A stretch of 64,000 nucleotides of DNA from an uncultured Armatimonadetes bacterium (GTDB lineage Bacteria > Armatimonadota > UBA5829 > DTJY01). A model generated the notes under the pieces. That model saw only the letters and a list, made by a program, of their open reading frames with translations, had not been told where the DNA came from and did no database searches. Below, piece by piece: positions 10,611 to 20,481 of the stretch. Numbering within the stretch: the first letter of the stretch is position 1; each line of letters begins with the position of its first letter. The position numbers were made by a program, and so were the translations under genes. The stretch covers positions 4,256,001 through 4,320,000 of the forward strand of contig OY970325.1 of NCBI GenBank assembly GCA_963717145.1. Direction: 5' to 3'.

Positions 10611-13160
10611 ATGAAGTACGCACGAATTATCCTGGCAGCCATGGTCATACTCTGTCTGCCCGTCATAGCTCAGTCGTCGCCTCCACTGCTGTATGACAAC
10701 TTCGACGCCGCGACCGTCGGGACGATCCCGGCCGGATGGAGGGTCGCCAAGACCGTCGCCGGCACGAGCGCCCTCGTGCAGATCGGCACGCCCGCGGGCA
10801 ACAAGTGGCTGGTCATCCATGACGACAACGGCGCGGGGATCATCACCAGCAATACGGTCTCACGGACGGCGTCATTCGCGGCGGTGACGGGCTCGGATCG
10901 CTGCACGGCGCAGTTCGAAGTGATGCTCTCTCAGATCACCGCCGGATTCGGCATGCGGCTCACCAACGGCGACGTCGCGACAACTCTCTCCAACTGCGCG
11001 ACCTCGATCACCTTCGAGGGCAATATCCCATATGCGCCCAACGGGATTCCTGGCGCAATCTCATATCAGACCCAGACCAGCACCTACGCACGCTCGCCGC
11101 TTCTGACGACCTACGCCGCCGACACATGGTACACCGTACGAGTGGAGGCGAACGTCGGCAGCAAGATGTACAAGCTCTTCTTCGGTCCCAGGGGAGGCAC
11201 GCTGGCAGAGATCACCCCGACCGGTGGCGTCCAGTTCCTCGTAGCAGTCTCAGGGTCGCAGGTCAGCCAGATAGCCAACATCTCGTTCTTCACCTCCGTC
11301 AAGGATGGCGACGGACCGGGCGACATGACGATCGACAACGTGGAGGTCGTCCTCGGCGACCCGGAGCCGACCACACTGGTGAACACGATCGCGATGGCCC
11401 GGCTGCTCGACCGCAGTACCAAGATCAGCCTTACGGACAAGCTCGTGACTGCCGGCACCTCGAACGGAGTCTTCTATATCGAAGATGACGGCCCCGGGGT
11501 CAAGCGCGCCGCGGGCATCCGTGTACGATCCGGAACGATCGTGCAAGAGAACGATAAGGTCGATGTCATCGGCCGGATCGCCAATACCTCAGAGGCCAGA
11601 GGAACGTGGCATACGGGTGAGCGGGAGATCATCGCCGAGTCGGTATCGGTCCGGAGCACCGGAAACACGCCCCTGGAACCGTTCCTCATGCGCTGCTCGG
11701 ATGTCGGCGGCGGCTGGTATGGCCCGATGGAGATCACCATCAATGGCTCGGAGCCCGCAATCAAGGCGGTCTGGCCGTTCAACGCCTGGGGTGACAGCGG
11801 CGTTTCATCATGGAACTCCACTTATGGCCCGCTGAACAATACCGGCCTCCTCGTGACGGTGATCGGCAAGGTCACCGATCCGACGGTCTACGACATGTAC
11901 GGCACGAACTATGATTTCTACATCGACGATGGCAGCCTGACGAACGACGGATGGTTCGCCACTGCCACGCCCGAGGACGAAGCATTCAAGCCAAACGGTC
12001 TCCGCGTCCGAATTACCGATCCCTCCATACTAGATGACGTGCTTCCCATCTACCATGGCGATCATGTGAAGATCACCGGCATCGTGGGAGCAATCTCATG
12101 CGAAGACCTCGGCAGGGCGACCGTCCGCAACGTCAGGGTCGTTCGCCCAAGGAAGCCGGAGGACATCGAGATCATCCGCCGGCAGGAGCGATACGTCAAG
12201 TTCGACAAGCAGGGCAACTGCCTCGTCGGTGGCAAGCCGTTCTTCCCGATCGGCATATTCATCTATGCGTGGGATTCGCTCGTCCGGCCGGAGGTCCTCG
12301 CCAAGCAGTTCAACACGGTGATCTATGCCGTCACGCCCGATCAGCTCGACAGCCTGCAGGCGGACGGGCTGATGACGATCCCGTATGCCACGGAGGAGTG
12401 GATCGCGCACAAGGACCATCCCGCGATCCTGGCATGGTACCTCGACGACGAGCCGGAGGGTCACGGGCTTACTCCCGCGTATGAGCGCGACTACTATGAG
12501 CGAACGCGCGCCGCCGATCCCACGAGGCCCGCTGGAACGGCGCACTTCTTGTATGATTCTCTGTGGAACTACCGGTTCTGCGACGACTACACGATGTCGG
12601 ACGTCTACCCGCTTCACCGGATGAACATCTGGTCGATGACCGATCACATCAACCGCCTACACCAGATCCACGGGCAGAACTTCCCGGTGTGGCCGGCGAT
12701 CCAGTCATTCGGCGGCACGGAGGGCTACGGCATCCCCTCTCCGGCCGAGGAGCGCGCGATGACCTACATGGCGCTGGCGGCCAACTCGAAGGCGATCCTG
12801 TACTTCTCGTACTATCCGTCGCTCACGGAAACATGGGCTGAGGTCGGGGTGCTCGTGCAAGAACTCAAGGCGCTGACACCATTCTACTGCCTGCCTTCCA
12901 TCGAAGGCGGTCATGGCAATACGAATAGCTGGATAATGACGCGACTGATACGAAACGGAGCGTCCGGTCTGCTCATCACCGTCAATTACTCGTACTCAGC
13001 CCAGACAGCGACGATCACTCTGCCCGCGGGTGCGCCTTCGACGCTCAATCTGCCGTTGGAAGGCGGAAGCATCCCTGTCACAGGCGGCTCGTTCACGGCG
13101 GACTACACGCCGCTCCAGGTCCACGTCTACCAGTGGGGCCCGATCCCGGCGATGCCGTAG
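10611..13160 (+). CDS. Secreted multidomain protein with C-terminal TIM-barrel glycoside-hydrolase-like domain
   Basis: Signal peptide MKYARIIL; GKPFFPIG, HPAILAWYLDDEP, DVYP motifs; central shared domain (FYIEDD, LNNTGLLV, FYIDDGS). Confidence 0.7.
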   Translation: MKYARIILAAMVILCLPVIAQSSPPLLYDNFDAATVGTIPAGWRVAKTVAGTSALVQIGTPAGNKWLVIHDDNGAGIITSNTVSRTASFAAVTGSDRCTAQFEVMLSQITAGFGMRLTNGDVATTLSNCATSITFEGNIPYAPNGIPGAISYQTQTSTYARSPLLTTYAADTWYTVRVEANVGSKMYKLFFGPRGGTLAEITPTGGVQFLVAVSGSQVSQIANISFFTSVKDGDGPGDMTIDNVEVVLGDPEPTTLVNTIAMARLLDRSTKISLTDKLVTAGTSNGVFYIEDDGPGVKRAAGIRVRSGTIVQENDKVDVIGRIANTSEARGTWHTGEREIIAESVSVRSTGNTPLEPFLMRCSDVGGGWYGPMEITINGSEPAIKAVWPFNAWGDSGVSSWNSTYGPLNNTGLLVTVIGKVTDPTVYDMYGTNYDFYIDDGSLTNDGWFATATPEDEAFKPNGLRVRITDPSILDDVLPIYHGDHVKITGIVGAISCEDLGRATVRNVRVVRPRKPEDIEIIRRQERYVKFDKQGNCLVGGKPFFPIGIFIYAWDSLVRPEVLAKQFNTVIYAVTPDQLDSLQADGLMTIPYATEEWIAHKDHPAILAWYLDDEPEGHGLTPAYERDYYERTRAADPTRPAGTAHFLYDSLWNYRFCDDYTMSDVYPLHRMNIWSMTDHINRLHQIHGQNFPVWPAIQSFGGTEGYGIPSPAEERAMTYMALAANSKAILYFSYYPSLTETWAEVGVLVQELKALTPFYCLPSIEGGHGNTNSWIMTRLIRNGASGLLITVNYSYSAQTATITLPAGAPSTLNLPLEGGSIPVTGGSFTADYTPLQVHVYQWGPIPAMP

Positions 13161-13181
13161 TCCACCTGCACTCCCTCTGCG

Positions 13182-13290
13182 CCCCTCCTTACGAAGGAGG
13201 GGCCGGCCAGCAGGCCGGGGGAGGTTCGCGTGCCGATACCCTGGCAGAAACCCCCTCGGCCCAGAGGCCGGTCCCCCTTCGTAAGGGGGA
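13182..13290. repeat. REP-like palindrome pair at convergent gene ends
   Basis: cccctccttacgaaggagggg ... cccccttcgtaaggggg. Confidence 0.6.
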
Positions 13291-13303
13291 CATCCCGGAT
13301 CGC

Positions 13304-16300
13304 TTATACCGACAGCCCCACGAAGAGCCGGGCGTCGATGCTGGTGAGCGGATCGACCTCTCCATTCGCGGCGGCATCGGCGAAGACGATGCCCGGGTAC
13401 TTCGCCCTCATCGCCCGATCGAGGACGTTGAACCCCTTCGGCTCGGCGTACTCCCGGACTCCGTATGCCCCGCGAAGGGTTTCCAGGGCGATCTCTCCGA
13501 GGCCTTCGCGGGCGCTCGGGACGAGAGCGAACATCTCTTCGGATGTGAGACCTTCCGCCAGGCCATGCCGGATCGGGATGCCGTCCTGCGTGCCGGTCGA
13601 TCCTACGAGCCTGACCAGCCAGCGCATGTTCCCCCGCGCGCGGCTCTTCACCGCGAGCATCTGAGGCCCGAGATCGCAGCTATCGAAGTCGGTCCAGGCC
13701 CCCAGTGCTTCCTCGAGCGCGGCCGAGTACTTCTCCCACTCCTTCGGGTCGCCGCTCTCCGGCATCGCGGGCCGATGGAGGCTCTCCCCGACAAATGGGC
13801 TGAGTGACGCTCCGGACTCCTTGGCTACACGGAGGCCGAGGTCGAGCAGCTTATCGGAGGTTTGGAGCATCCGGTCGATTCCGTCCCTCTCAAGGATATC
13901 GGTTAGTGTGTCGATGATCGACTCGCGGGTGACGTATCCCTCCGGGATGGCGATCTCCACGCCGGCGATCTGCTCGATCTCTCCTAGATCGGTCATGCTC
14001 AGGGCGGCCGAGCCCCCACAGCGCCTCGAAGCGAGGGAAGATCAGCTTCGCCAGGGATGGGTCTCGGCGCAGGTGTCCGGCGATCGAGAGCTTCTCCCCG
14101 GCCTCCTTCTGGCCTGCCTCGGTGAGCGGTAGGAACACCGCAGCATGGTCGCCGTCGAAGTCTCCGTTCACCAGCATGCACGCCAGCGGGTGAAGCCTGA
14201 TCGTGCGGTCGCCGCTTCGTACCGGATGGAACGCCAGGAGCGCGGTCGGCATGAACGTCGGCGAGCGGTTGACAAGCACCCACGACCGGGCCATGGTCGC
14301 GTCCAGGGTCTGAGTCGCTCGTTCGGACCGAGCCTCTACCTCCGACATGTCCATTTCGCGGGCGACGAGCGGTCCGAAGATCGCCCATGCGATATCATCC
14401 GCCAAGCCGACCTGATCGGTCCGCAGACCGACTCCCGGCGAGAGCACGGTTCGCCCGCTGAAGAGGATCGGCTGGTGGAACCGCAGGTTCTCCGGCACGA
14501 GCAGCAGATCGAAGTAAGCCCTGACCGCCGACTCGAGATCGCCGTACGACCTCTGCCTGAGGCTTTCGGGAGCGCCGCTTGAGATCATGCGGGCTATCTT
14601 CGTGTTCGCCTCGACGAGCGTCGCCCATGTAGGAGGGGGTTTCCGGTCTACCCCGACCGTGGGCGCACCGACCTCCTCCAGCATCCTCTCGGGCAGCCAC
14701 GGATGCGGGACCGGGCATGCCAAGTTGAGGACTTCCCCTTCAGGAGAAGCGAACCGGAATGCCAGTCTGCCATCCTCCAGTTGAGTATGGATGCCGCCCG
14801 CTGCCAGACGCTCGGCGACCTCAGTGAAATCCGGGGTGGGGGGACCGGCCTGTTCGATCGGGCCGGACACCACTCGTTCCGCGAACGACTCCGCTCCCTC
14901 GCGTTCAGTGGACCGCGTGTTGAACTGCTCACGGATGTTCTCGAATGCGCCGACATCGCGCATGGCATAGTACTCATTCTCGCCCTGCCTGCACACTGGT
15001 TCGCCGGGCCTGGTTCCGATGAAGAGCTTGCTGTGGGCGAGGTGGACTGTCTTGCCCCAGTAGACATAGCCGACTGTGCTCGGACGATCGAGCTTCCGGC
15101 CGCCTTTGCCAAGCGTCAGAGTCTCCATCCCGCTCTCGGGCAGACCGGCCTTCACGAGCCGTTCCCTGATCTCCTCAGCCTTAGGGGCGTGGAAAGGCGG
15201 GGCAATGAACGGCGTCCCTTCCGCACGAGCGATCCGGCCGGCGACCGCCTCCCGCACGACGCCGAAGATCAGCCGCGTGTGGAGCGCGATGAAGTTGTAG
15301 ACCAGTTCGACCGGCGTGCCGTCGGGCAGATGAGGCATCCCGTCGTCGGGGACGATGCGGCTGATGCAGCCCTTCGCGCCATGCCGGTTGGTGATCTTGT
15401 CGCCGGGCTCGAGCGGCCTGGGGTAGCCGAGACGCTTCGCCGCCGATTCGCTGATGAGGATGCCGTCCTCGAAGGTATCGCGGCCCCAGGAGACGAACGC
15501 GGTGAGGAGGTTTCGCCCGCACCAGAATCCCGGTGCGCTGAACTCGTTGCCGGTCTGAACGAGCGCAGGCTCGGGTCCGGAGCGACCACCCACTGGCGCA
15601 TCATGTTCACGCCCATGAGGATCCGGGTCGAATCATCGTGCTCCAGGAACGGGACCAGAGAGGCGACCATACCCAGAGCGGCTTCCGGCCGATCATCTAC
15701 GATAACCAGTCTGCTATCTCGGATCTCCGCGCCGACCGCGACGGAGAGCACGCGCCCGACGTTGGGGCCTTCCGGCGTCTCGAACGGGCAGACGCGCCCG
15801 AAGTGCGAGGGAGTGATCAGCTTCTCCCGAGTTGGGATGAGCAGCCTGCGGGAGTGGGTCACGGTCGCCAGGCGGTCGGTCTTGTCGAGCCACTGACCGA
15901 TCCCATCCACGGCTTCGGCGACCCAGGTGTCGAGGGGGAGCCACGATCTCATCAGCGCCTGGTCGAAGGTGACGTCCTTTGGGGCCTCGCCAAGGCGCTC
16001 GCCGACGTAGTCGTAGAGCTGTTCGCCGACGCACTTGATATCGGCGGTGTCCAGGTACTCGTTCGACGCGACCGGCAGCACGATCATATGCCCATCGCGG
16101 ATCTGAAAGATGCCCCATTCATCCGGGCGAAGGATCTCATACTCCATCTCGGCATCGCCAACGGTGACCTCCAGCCGGCATGTGTACTCGTCACATTCGG
16201 CCTGGTAGCCGGAGAGCGGCAGGCGGTCAGCCAGCAACTCAGGCAGGCGCTCGTTGATAAACCGGTCATAGGATTCCCTATGCCAGGGTGTAGCAATGTT

Positions 16301-16312
16301 CAATGTCATCAT
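13304..16312 (-). CDS. Miniaturised single-chain RNA polymerase beta-beta' fusion (~1000 aa), split by two 1-nt indels (~15574, ~14008)
   Basis: RpoB motifs in order: THSRR, SHFGRVCPFETPEGPNVG, SLVPFLEHDDSTRILMGVNMMRQ, FEDGILISE, GDKITNRHGAKG, MPHLPDGTPVELV, VGYVYWGKTVHL. Then RpoC motifs: SGRTV, VLVNRSPT, LHPLAC..NGDFDGD, KSRARG, EGL..AREGLGEIALET, AAANGEVDPL. Confidence 0.85.
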
Positions 16313-16887
16313 GATTCCTCCCATTCGCGTTCGAGGTTTCTCCATTCGCGAGCGAGACGCTTTCTGGCATAATGCAGGCGCGATTTGACCGTTCCCTCCG
16401 GCACGCCGAGCGCCTCGGCGACCTCCTGGATCTCCATCTCGAACTCGTGGACCAGCCGAAGCACCTCCCGCTTGTCGGCGGGAAGCTCCTCCACCAGCGC
16501 TCGAAAGAGCCTGTTCCGCTGGGCCAACTCGACCGCTTCTTCCGGACGAAGCGCGTCGGCCTCGTAGTCATGCTCTTCCGCAGAGAATTCCAGGGGCGAT
16601 TCCCTCCTGCGGCGGACGGTTCGGAGGTAGTTCAGCGCCGTGTTCGTGGCAATGCGCAGGATCCAGCCGTTGAGCGACCCTCGTCCGTCCCACTGATCGG
16701 CGTGCGTCCACACTCTCAGCAGGACCTCCTGGGTCAGGTCGCGGGCGGCGTCCGAGTCACGGATGATGTCGCGGAGTCGGAGGGTGATCGCCCTCTCGTA
16801 TCGTGCGGCAAGCGCATCGAACGCCTCGGGGTCACTCCCGGCGATCCGTGACATCAGTTCCGCATCGGACAGATCGTGCATAGCCAT
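16309..16887 (-). CDS. ECF-type RNA polymerase sigma factor
   Basis: Region 2 (DLTQEVLLRVW, WILRIATN) and region 4 (EVAEALGVPEGTVKSRLHYAR). Stop overlaps the next ATG (ATGA). Confidence 0.93.
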   Translation of the reverse strand: MAMHDLSDAELMSRIAGSDPEAFDALAARYERAITLRLRDIIRDSDAARDLTQEVLLRVWTHADQWDGRGSLNGWILRIATNTALNYLRTVRRRRESPLEFSAEEHDYEADALRPEEAVELAQRNRLFRALVEELPADKREVLRLVHEFEMEIQEVAEALGVPEGTVKSRLHYARKRLAREWRNLEREWEES

Positions 16888-16910
16888 GCCTCAAACGTCT
16901 CCCACTGCCA

Positions 16911-16938
16911 ATGACACCGGGGAGCGGGCGGGGGTTCA
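16911..16938 (-). promoter_or_regulatory. Candidate ECF-type promoter
   Basis: tGAAC-N18-GTCa just upstream of the sigma gene; resembles general ECF promoter consensus. Confidence 0.35.
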
Positions 16939-17054
16939 GTACCTGGATGTGATCTGCAGTTGCCGAAAGAGGTCAGGCATGCACCGATCAGTCGCTTTGC
17001 AGAACGGATCCTGCCAGCGACTGTCAGACAGGTCCCATGCGGGCCACACATCGG

Positions 17055-17759
17055 TTAGTCAGCTATGTCAGCCGGTCTGATCGAGCTGAACCTTGATTCA
17101 TCTTGAAGCATTCTGCCGAACGCCTGCATAAAGGTCTTGATACTCTGCACGACTGGCTTATCGTACTCCGTCAGTTCCTCTCTGACCCGTTTGGAAAGAG
17201 AGGAGTGTGGTTTGTAGAGAATATCGTGTTCGATCTCGCGGTAACGGTCAAGAATCCAGGGCACTACCTGGATCTCACAGACACACTGCAGTCCGAATCT
17301 GGGCGGAATTGGAACGCAATACTGAAGCTGATCGACCTCATCCACGTAGGAGCTATAGGGCTTGTTCCCACGGGCCGGTTTATGATCCTCAGTGCAGGAA
17401 GGATATGCCTTCTTGATAACATCATGCACATTCTTCAAGTAGGAGTTTGGGCAGACCTGTACCTTCACTCCCGCCATATCTGTCAAGGAGCCAAACGTGT
17501 AATCATCTAGTCTTTCAGGGTCGAAGAAGTTGCCTTCCTGCCGCTGCTGGAGCTTGGCAGACGCGCTGTCGAATGACTTGACTCTGCCGACAATCTGGAT
17601 GCGTTCAAAGGGCAAGAGCTGCGACCGCAGCCCAAGCAATCTATACTCCAAGGTGGCCTTGACTATGTCAACAGCATTCGCATACATACTGACGTTCGCT
17701 TGGTATTCCATCAGCAGCCTGTTCTGCACCAAGGTTGAAGTATCATCGGCTGTCAACAT
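17055..17759 (-). CDS. RelA/SpoT-like (small alarmone synthetase-like) nucleotidyltransferase, divergent
   Basis: GRVKSFDSASAK, TDMAGVK, CEIQ, EHDILYK; visibly lower GC than flanks. Confidence 0.72.
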   Translation of the reverse strand: MLTADDTSTLVQNRLLMEYQANVSMYANAVDIVKATLEYRLLGLRSQLLPFERIQIVGRVKSFDSASAKLQQRQEGNFFDPERLDDYTFGSLTDMAGVKVQVCPNSYLKNVHDVIKKAYPSCTEDHKPARGNKPYSSYVDEVDQLQYCVPIPPRFGLQCVCEIQVVPWILDRYREIEHDILYKPHSSLSKRVREELTEYDKPVVQSIKTFMQAFGRMLQDESRFSSIRPADIAD

Positions 17760-17763
17760 GCGA

Positions 17764-18018
17764 CTAGGTAGCTTCCGTTAGCAGTTTGCCAAGTTCATTC
17801 TGGAGGGTCAGGGAAGGCGGTCTGTTGAAGTAGAACTCCCAACCATGTTTCCGCTTGGGTGCGAGAACCATGTCCGCGAGCTTGTCTGGATGATCCTCGA
17901 CGTACTCCAAACTGAAGCATTTCATGGTGACGCGGTTGACGAAGACATCCCTGTCGAAGAGGTAGCGGTACCCCTGCTGCTCAAGAAAACGTATAGACTC
18001 GCGTGTTCTCGGATCCAT
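17764..18018 (-). CDS. Small hypothetical protein (candidate antitoxin/partner)
   Basis: 84 aa, RBS GGAGG, ends 4 nt before the RelA/SpoT-like gene. Confidence 0.65.
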   Translation of the reverse strand: MDPRTRESIRFLEQQGYRYLFDRDVFVNRVTMKCFSLEYVEDHPDKLADMVLAPKRKHGWEFYFNRPPSLTLQNELGKLLTEAT

Positions 18019-18129
18019 CTGAATATGCCTCCGTGGACGAGCGGTTCGCCACCATCAACTATGCACGCACCCTATTCTAGCGCAAAAAACCGGAATGATC
18101 AAGTAGAAAGCACCATCCATAGGTGCTTG

Positions 18130-19269
18130 TCAGAGATCGCCCTGCTGGACGGTGACCACATCTTGTCCTCTCAGCGTGACATCATCCAGGTACTCGACGG
18201 CCACTCCCTGCGGCGCGAGCAAGTCGTGCAGCCGGGGAGCGAGTTCGACCATGCCGGGGCGCTCGGTCCAGAAGTGCGTCGCGTCGATCACGTTGATTCC
18301 GAGCGCCTTCGCTTCGAGGAACTGGTGGTGGTTCACGTCGCCGGTGACGTAGACATCCGCGCCCATCGAGTGCGCGAGGCCTATCCGCTTACTGCCTCCA
18401 CCGCCGAGCATCGCGACCCTTTCCACCTTCGACTCCGGGTCGCCCGCCGTGCGCGGGTCCGGGACGCGGAGGACCTCACAGACCATCGAGCAGAACGCCC
18501 CGAATGTCGTCGGCGACTCGAGCCTGCCATACAAGCCGATGCCGTGCACCCGCCCCTCGTTCGCCAGGGGATAGACGTCGTAGGCGACCTCCTCATATGG
18601 GTGGGCGGCGGTCATCGCGGTGATCACGTCATGCAGGCGTTCGTCGGGGACGATCGTCTCGAGCCGGACCTCGGGCGTCTTCTCCAGCTCGCCGACCTTC
18701 CCGACGTATGGTTCCGCGCCCTCAAGCGCCTTGAACGTGCCGGTCCCTGTGGTCTGGAACGTGCAATGCGAGTACTTGCCGATCCAGCCCGCGCCCGCCT
18801 CGGAGATCGCATCCCGGACGGCATCGAGCGCATCCTCAGGGACGAAGGTCACCAGCTTGAACAGCTTGTCCGTCCACGTCGGCAGTAGGACCTTCGTGTC
18901 CACTACTCCCATCTTCTCCGCGAGTGTGTCGTTGATGCCACCATCCGCCGAGTCGAAGTTCGTGTGCATGACATAGAGGCCGATCCCTGTGTTGATGAGC
19001 TGATAGACGAGCGACTGCGGGTACACATCGAGTCGCACGCTCGGCAACGGCTGCCAACTCGGGCTGATGAGCGGATGGTGCGTGATGAGCAGGTCGGCGG
19101 ACCGGCGCGCGCACTCCCGGACGATGCCGGGGGTCACGTCGAGCGAGACGACGATGGTGCGCAGGTCCGCCTCAGGGTCGCCGATCTGAAGGCCGATCGC
19201 GTCGCCCTCCTGAGCATATTTCGGCGGGGCGATCCCCTCGAGTATCGGGATGATGTCTCCCAGCTTCAT
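18130..19269 (-). CDS. Nif3-like dinuclear metal-centre protein (YqfO type with PII-like insert)
   Basis: GLQIGD, LITHHP, MHTNFD, AHPYEEVAYD, DATHFWTE. Confidence 0.93.
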   Translation of the reverse strand: MKLGDIIPILEGIAPPKYAQEGDAIGLQIGDPEADLRTIVVSLDVTPGIVRECARRSADLLITHHPLISPSWQPLPSVRLDVYPQSLVYQLINTGIGLYVMHTNFDSADGGINDTLAEKMGVVDTKVLLPTWTDKLFKLVTFVPEDALDAVRDAISEAGAGWIGKYSHCTFQTTGTGTFKALEGAEPYVGKVGELEKTPEVRLETIVPDERLHDVITAMTAAHPYEEVAYDVYPLANEGRVHGIGLYGRLESPTTFGAFCSMVCEVLRVPDPRTAGDPESKVERVAMLGGGGSKRIGLAHSMGADVYVTGDVNHHQFLEAKALGINVIDATHFWTERPGMVELAPRLHDLLAPQGVAVEYLDDVTLRGQDVVTVQQGDL

Positions 19270-19710
19270 GGCGCGCCTCCTCGGAACATCGATGCTGATA
19301 ACAGCATTTTCGACGGAATCCGCCCTTTCTACTCCTGACCGGCCAAACCGAGTCGGACGCCTATTCCCTAACTCTTAATTAACTATGTTTCATAACTCGA
19401 CCAGGCAGGGTATAGGACAGTGTACAAGCAGGGGGACGAGGCCCCATCAACAACCCCAGGATTAAGACGACCGCTAGACCGGAGGCTTCACCCTCTCCTT
19501 CCCTCACACTGAGGGGAAGGAGAGGGTGACCAAGCGGGCGAGGGGGATGGCACCATAGGGTTGCCGCTGGGGATCAGGAGGGGCCTTCCTCCGCTTGGAT
19601 TTGTGCCTCCTGTGCCGACCCAATGTTTAACCGCTGACCCGGCGAGACACCTTCGGCCAGGAGGCACATTGCGTCTCGGCCTCACTTCACTGGGATCCTA
19701 AGAAAGCCCA

Positions 19711-19827
19711 CACCGTCAGTCCTGAGTGCGCCGGTGAATGACGGCGTGTAACGAAGGACGGCTCGGTGCAGCAAGGCCGTCCTTCGTTACACGCCGTCAT
19801 TCACCGGCGCACTCAGGACTGACGGTG
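19711..19827. repeat. ~117-bp perfect palindrome (family C)
   Basis: caccgtcagtcctgagtgcgccggtgaatgacggcg...; copies at 55354-55465 and 56573-56690. Confidence 0.9.
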
Positions 19828-19914
19828 GTTTCCGCCAGAAACAACTACGCAAACTGCGTAGTGACTTGCTCAGAATGACACCCGCGTAGCGCAACTTCCA
19901 ACAATCGTGAACTC

Positions 19915-20361
19915 CTACCCCTTCCGCCGGGGAACAGTCGCATCGAGTATCAGGCGATGCAGGTCGGAGAGCCTGCTGAGGAGGCGACGAAGCTCCCTCA
20001 TGTCGCCCGGACTGATCTCGTCCTTCAGGAGCGAACACATCCACTTGGTACACTCGAACGGCCGGAGGTCGTCCGGGAAGACGCATCCATGCTCACCGAG
20101 ATAGTCGCAGGGCTCGAGCGCGTCATCGGTCGCGCGCCCCTTGAGCGCCTCGATGCACGCATCGACGAATTCGCGGGCGGTGGCTTTCGGCTCGATGTCG
20201 TACCCGGCCGCCCGGGCGAGGATCACATCGAAATCGCGAACCTTTGTCGGCTTTCGGCAGCAGGGTTCCGGGCACTCGGGGCAGAACCTTGTCGTATATG
20301 GATTGAGGCATTGCCTGATGCGTTTGTGAGTGGCTCGATATTTGTCGATTAGATTTGCCAT
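19915..20361 (-). CDS. Cys-cluster protein (YkgJ-like)
   Basis: CPECPEPCC ... CDYLGEHGC ... RPFEC; start taken at MANLIDKY. Confidence 0.65.
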   Translation of the reverse strand: MANLIDKYRATHKRIRQCLNPYTTRFCPECPEPCCRKPTKVRDFDVILARAAGYDIEPKATAREFVDACIEALKGRATDDALEPCDYLGEHGCVFPDDLRPFECTKWMCSLLKDEISPGDMRELRRLLSRLSDLHRLILDATVPRRKG

Positions 20362-20481
20362 GGTCGGCGGTATCCTAACACGAAGCATCCCGGCCGTCAA
20401 CCGGGTGAGTGTCAAGGCCGCAGTTTCGGGGTACACTCCACATATGCAGTTAGCGATGAGGGTTACGGGAAGGAACAGCCC

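Noticed and set aside
13304-16312. Housekeeping rpoB/rpoC, or a simple decayed copy of them
   Set aside because: About one third of the normal length, very divergent, wrong gene context, and the deletions spare the catalytic motifs. Gene symbols withheld.
13304-18018. Prophage origin for the RNAP-like locus
   Set aside because: No integrase, structural or replication genes and no att repeats seen around it.
19420-19710. tmRNA or RNase P RNA
   Set aside because: No tRNA-like GGGG...TTCGA/CCA ends and no GAGGAAAGTCC signature on either strand.
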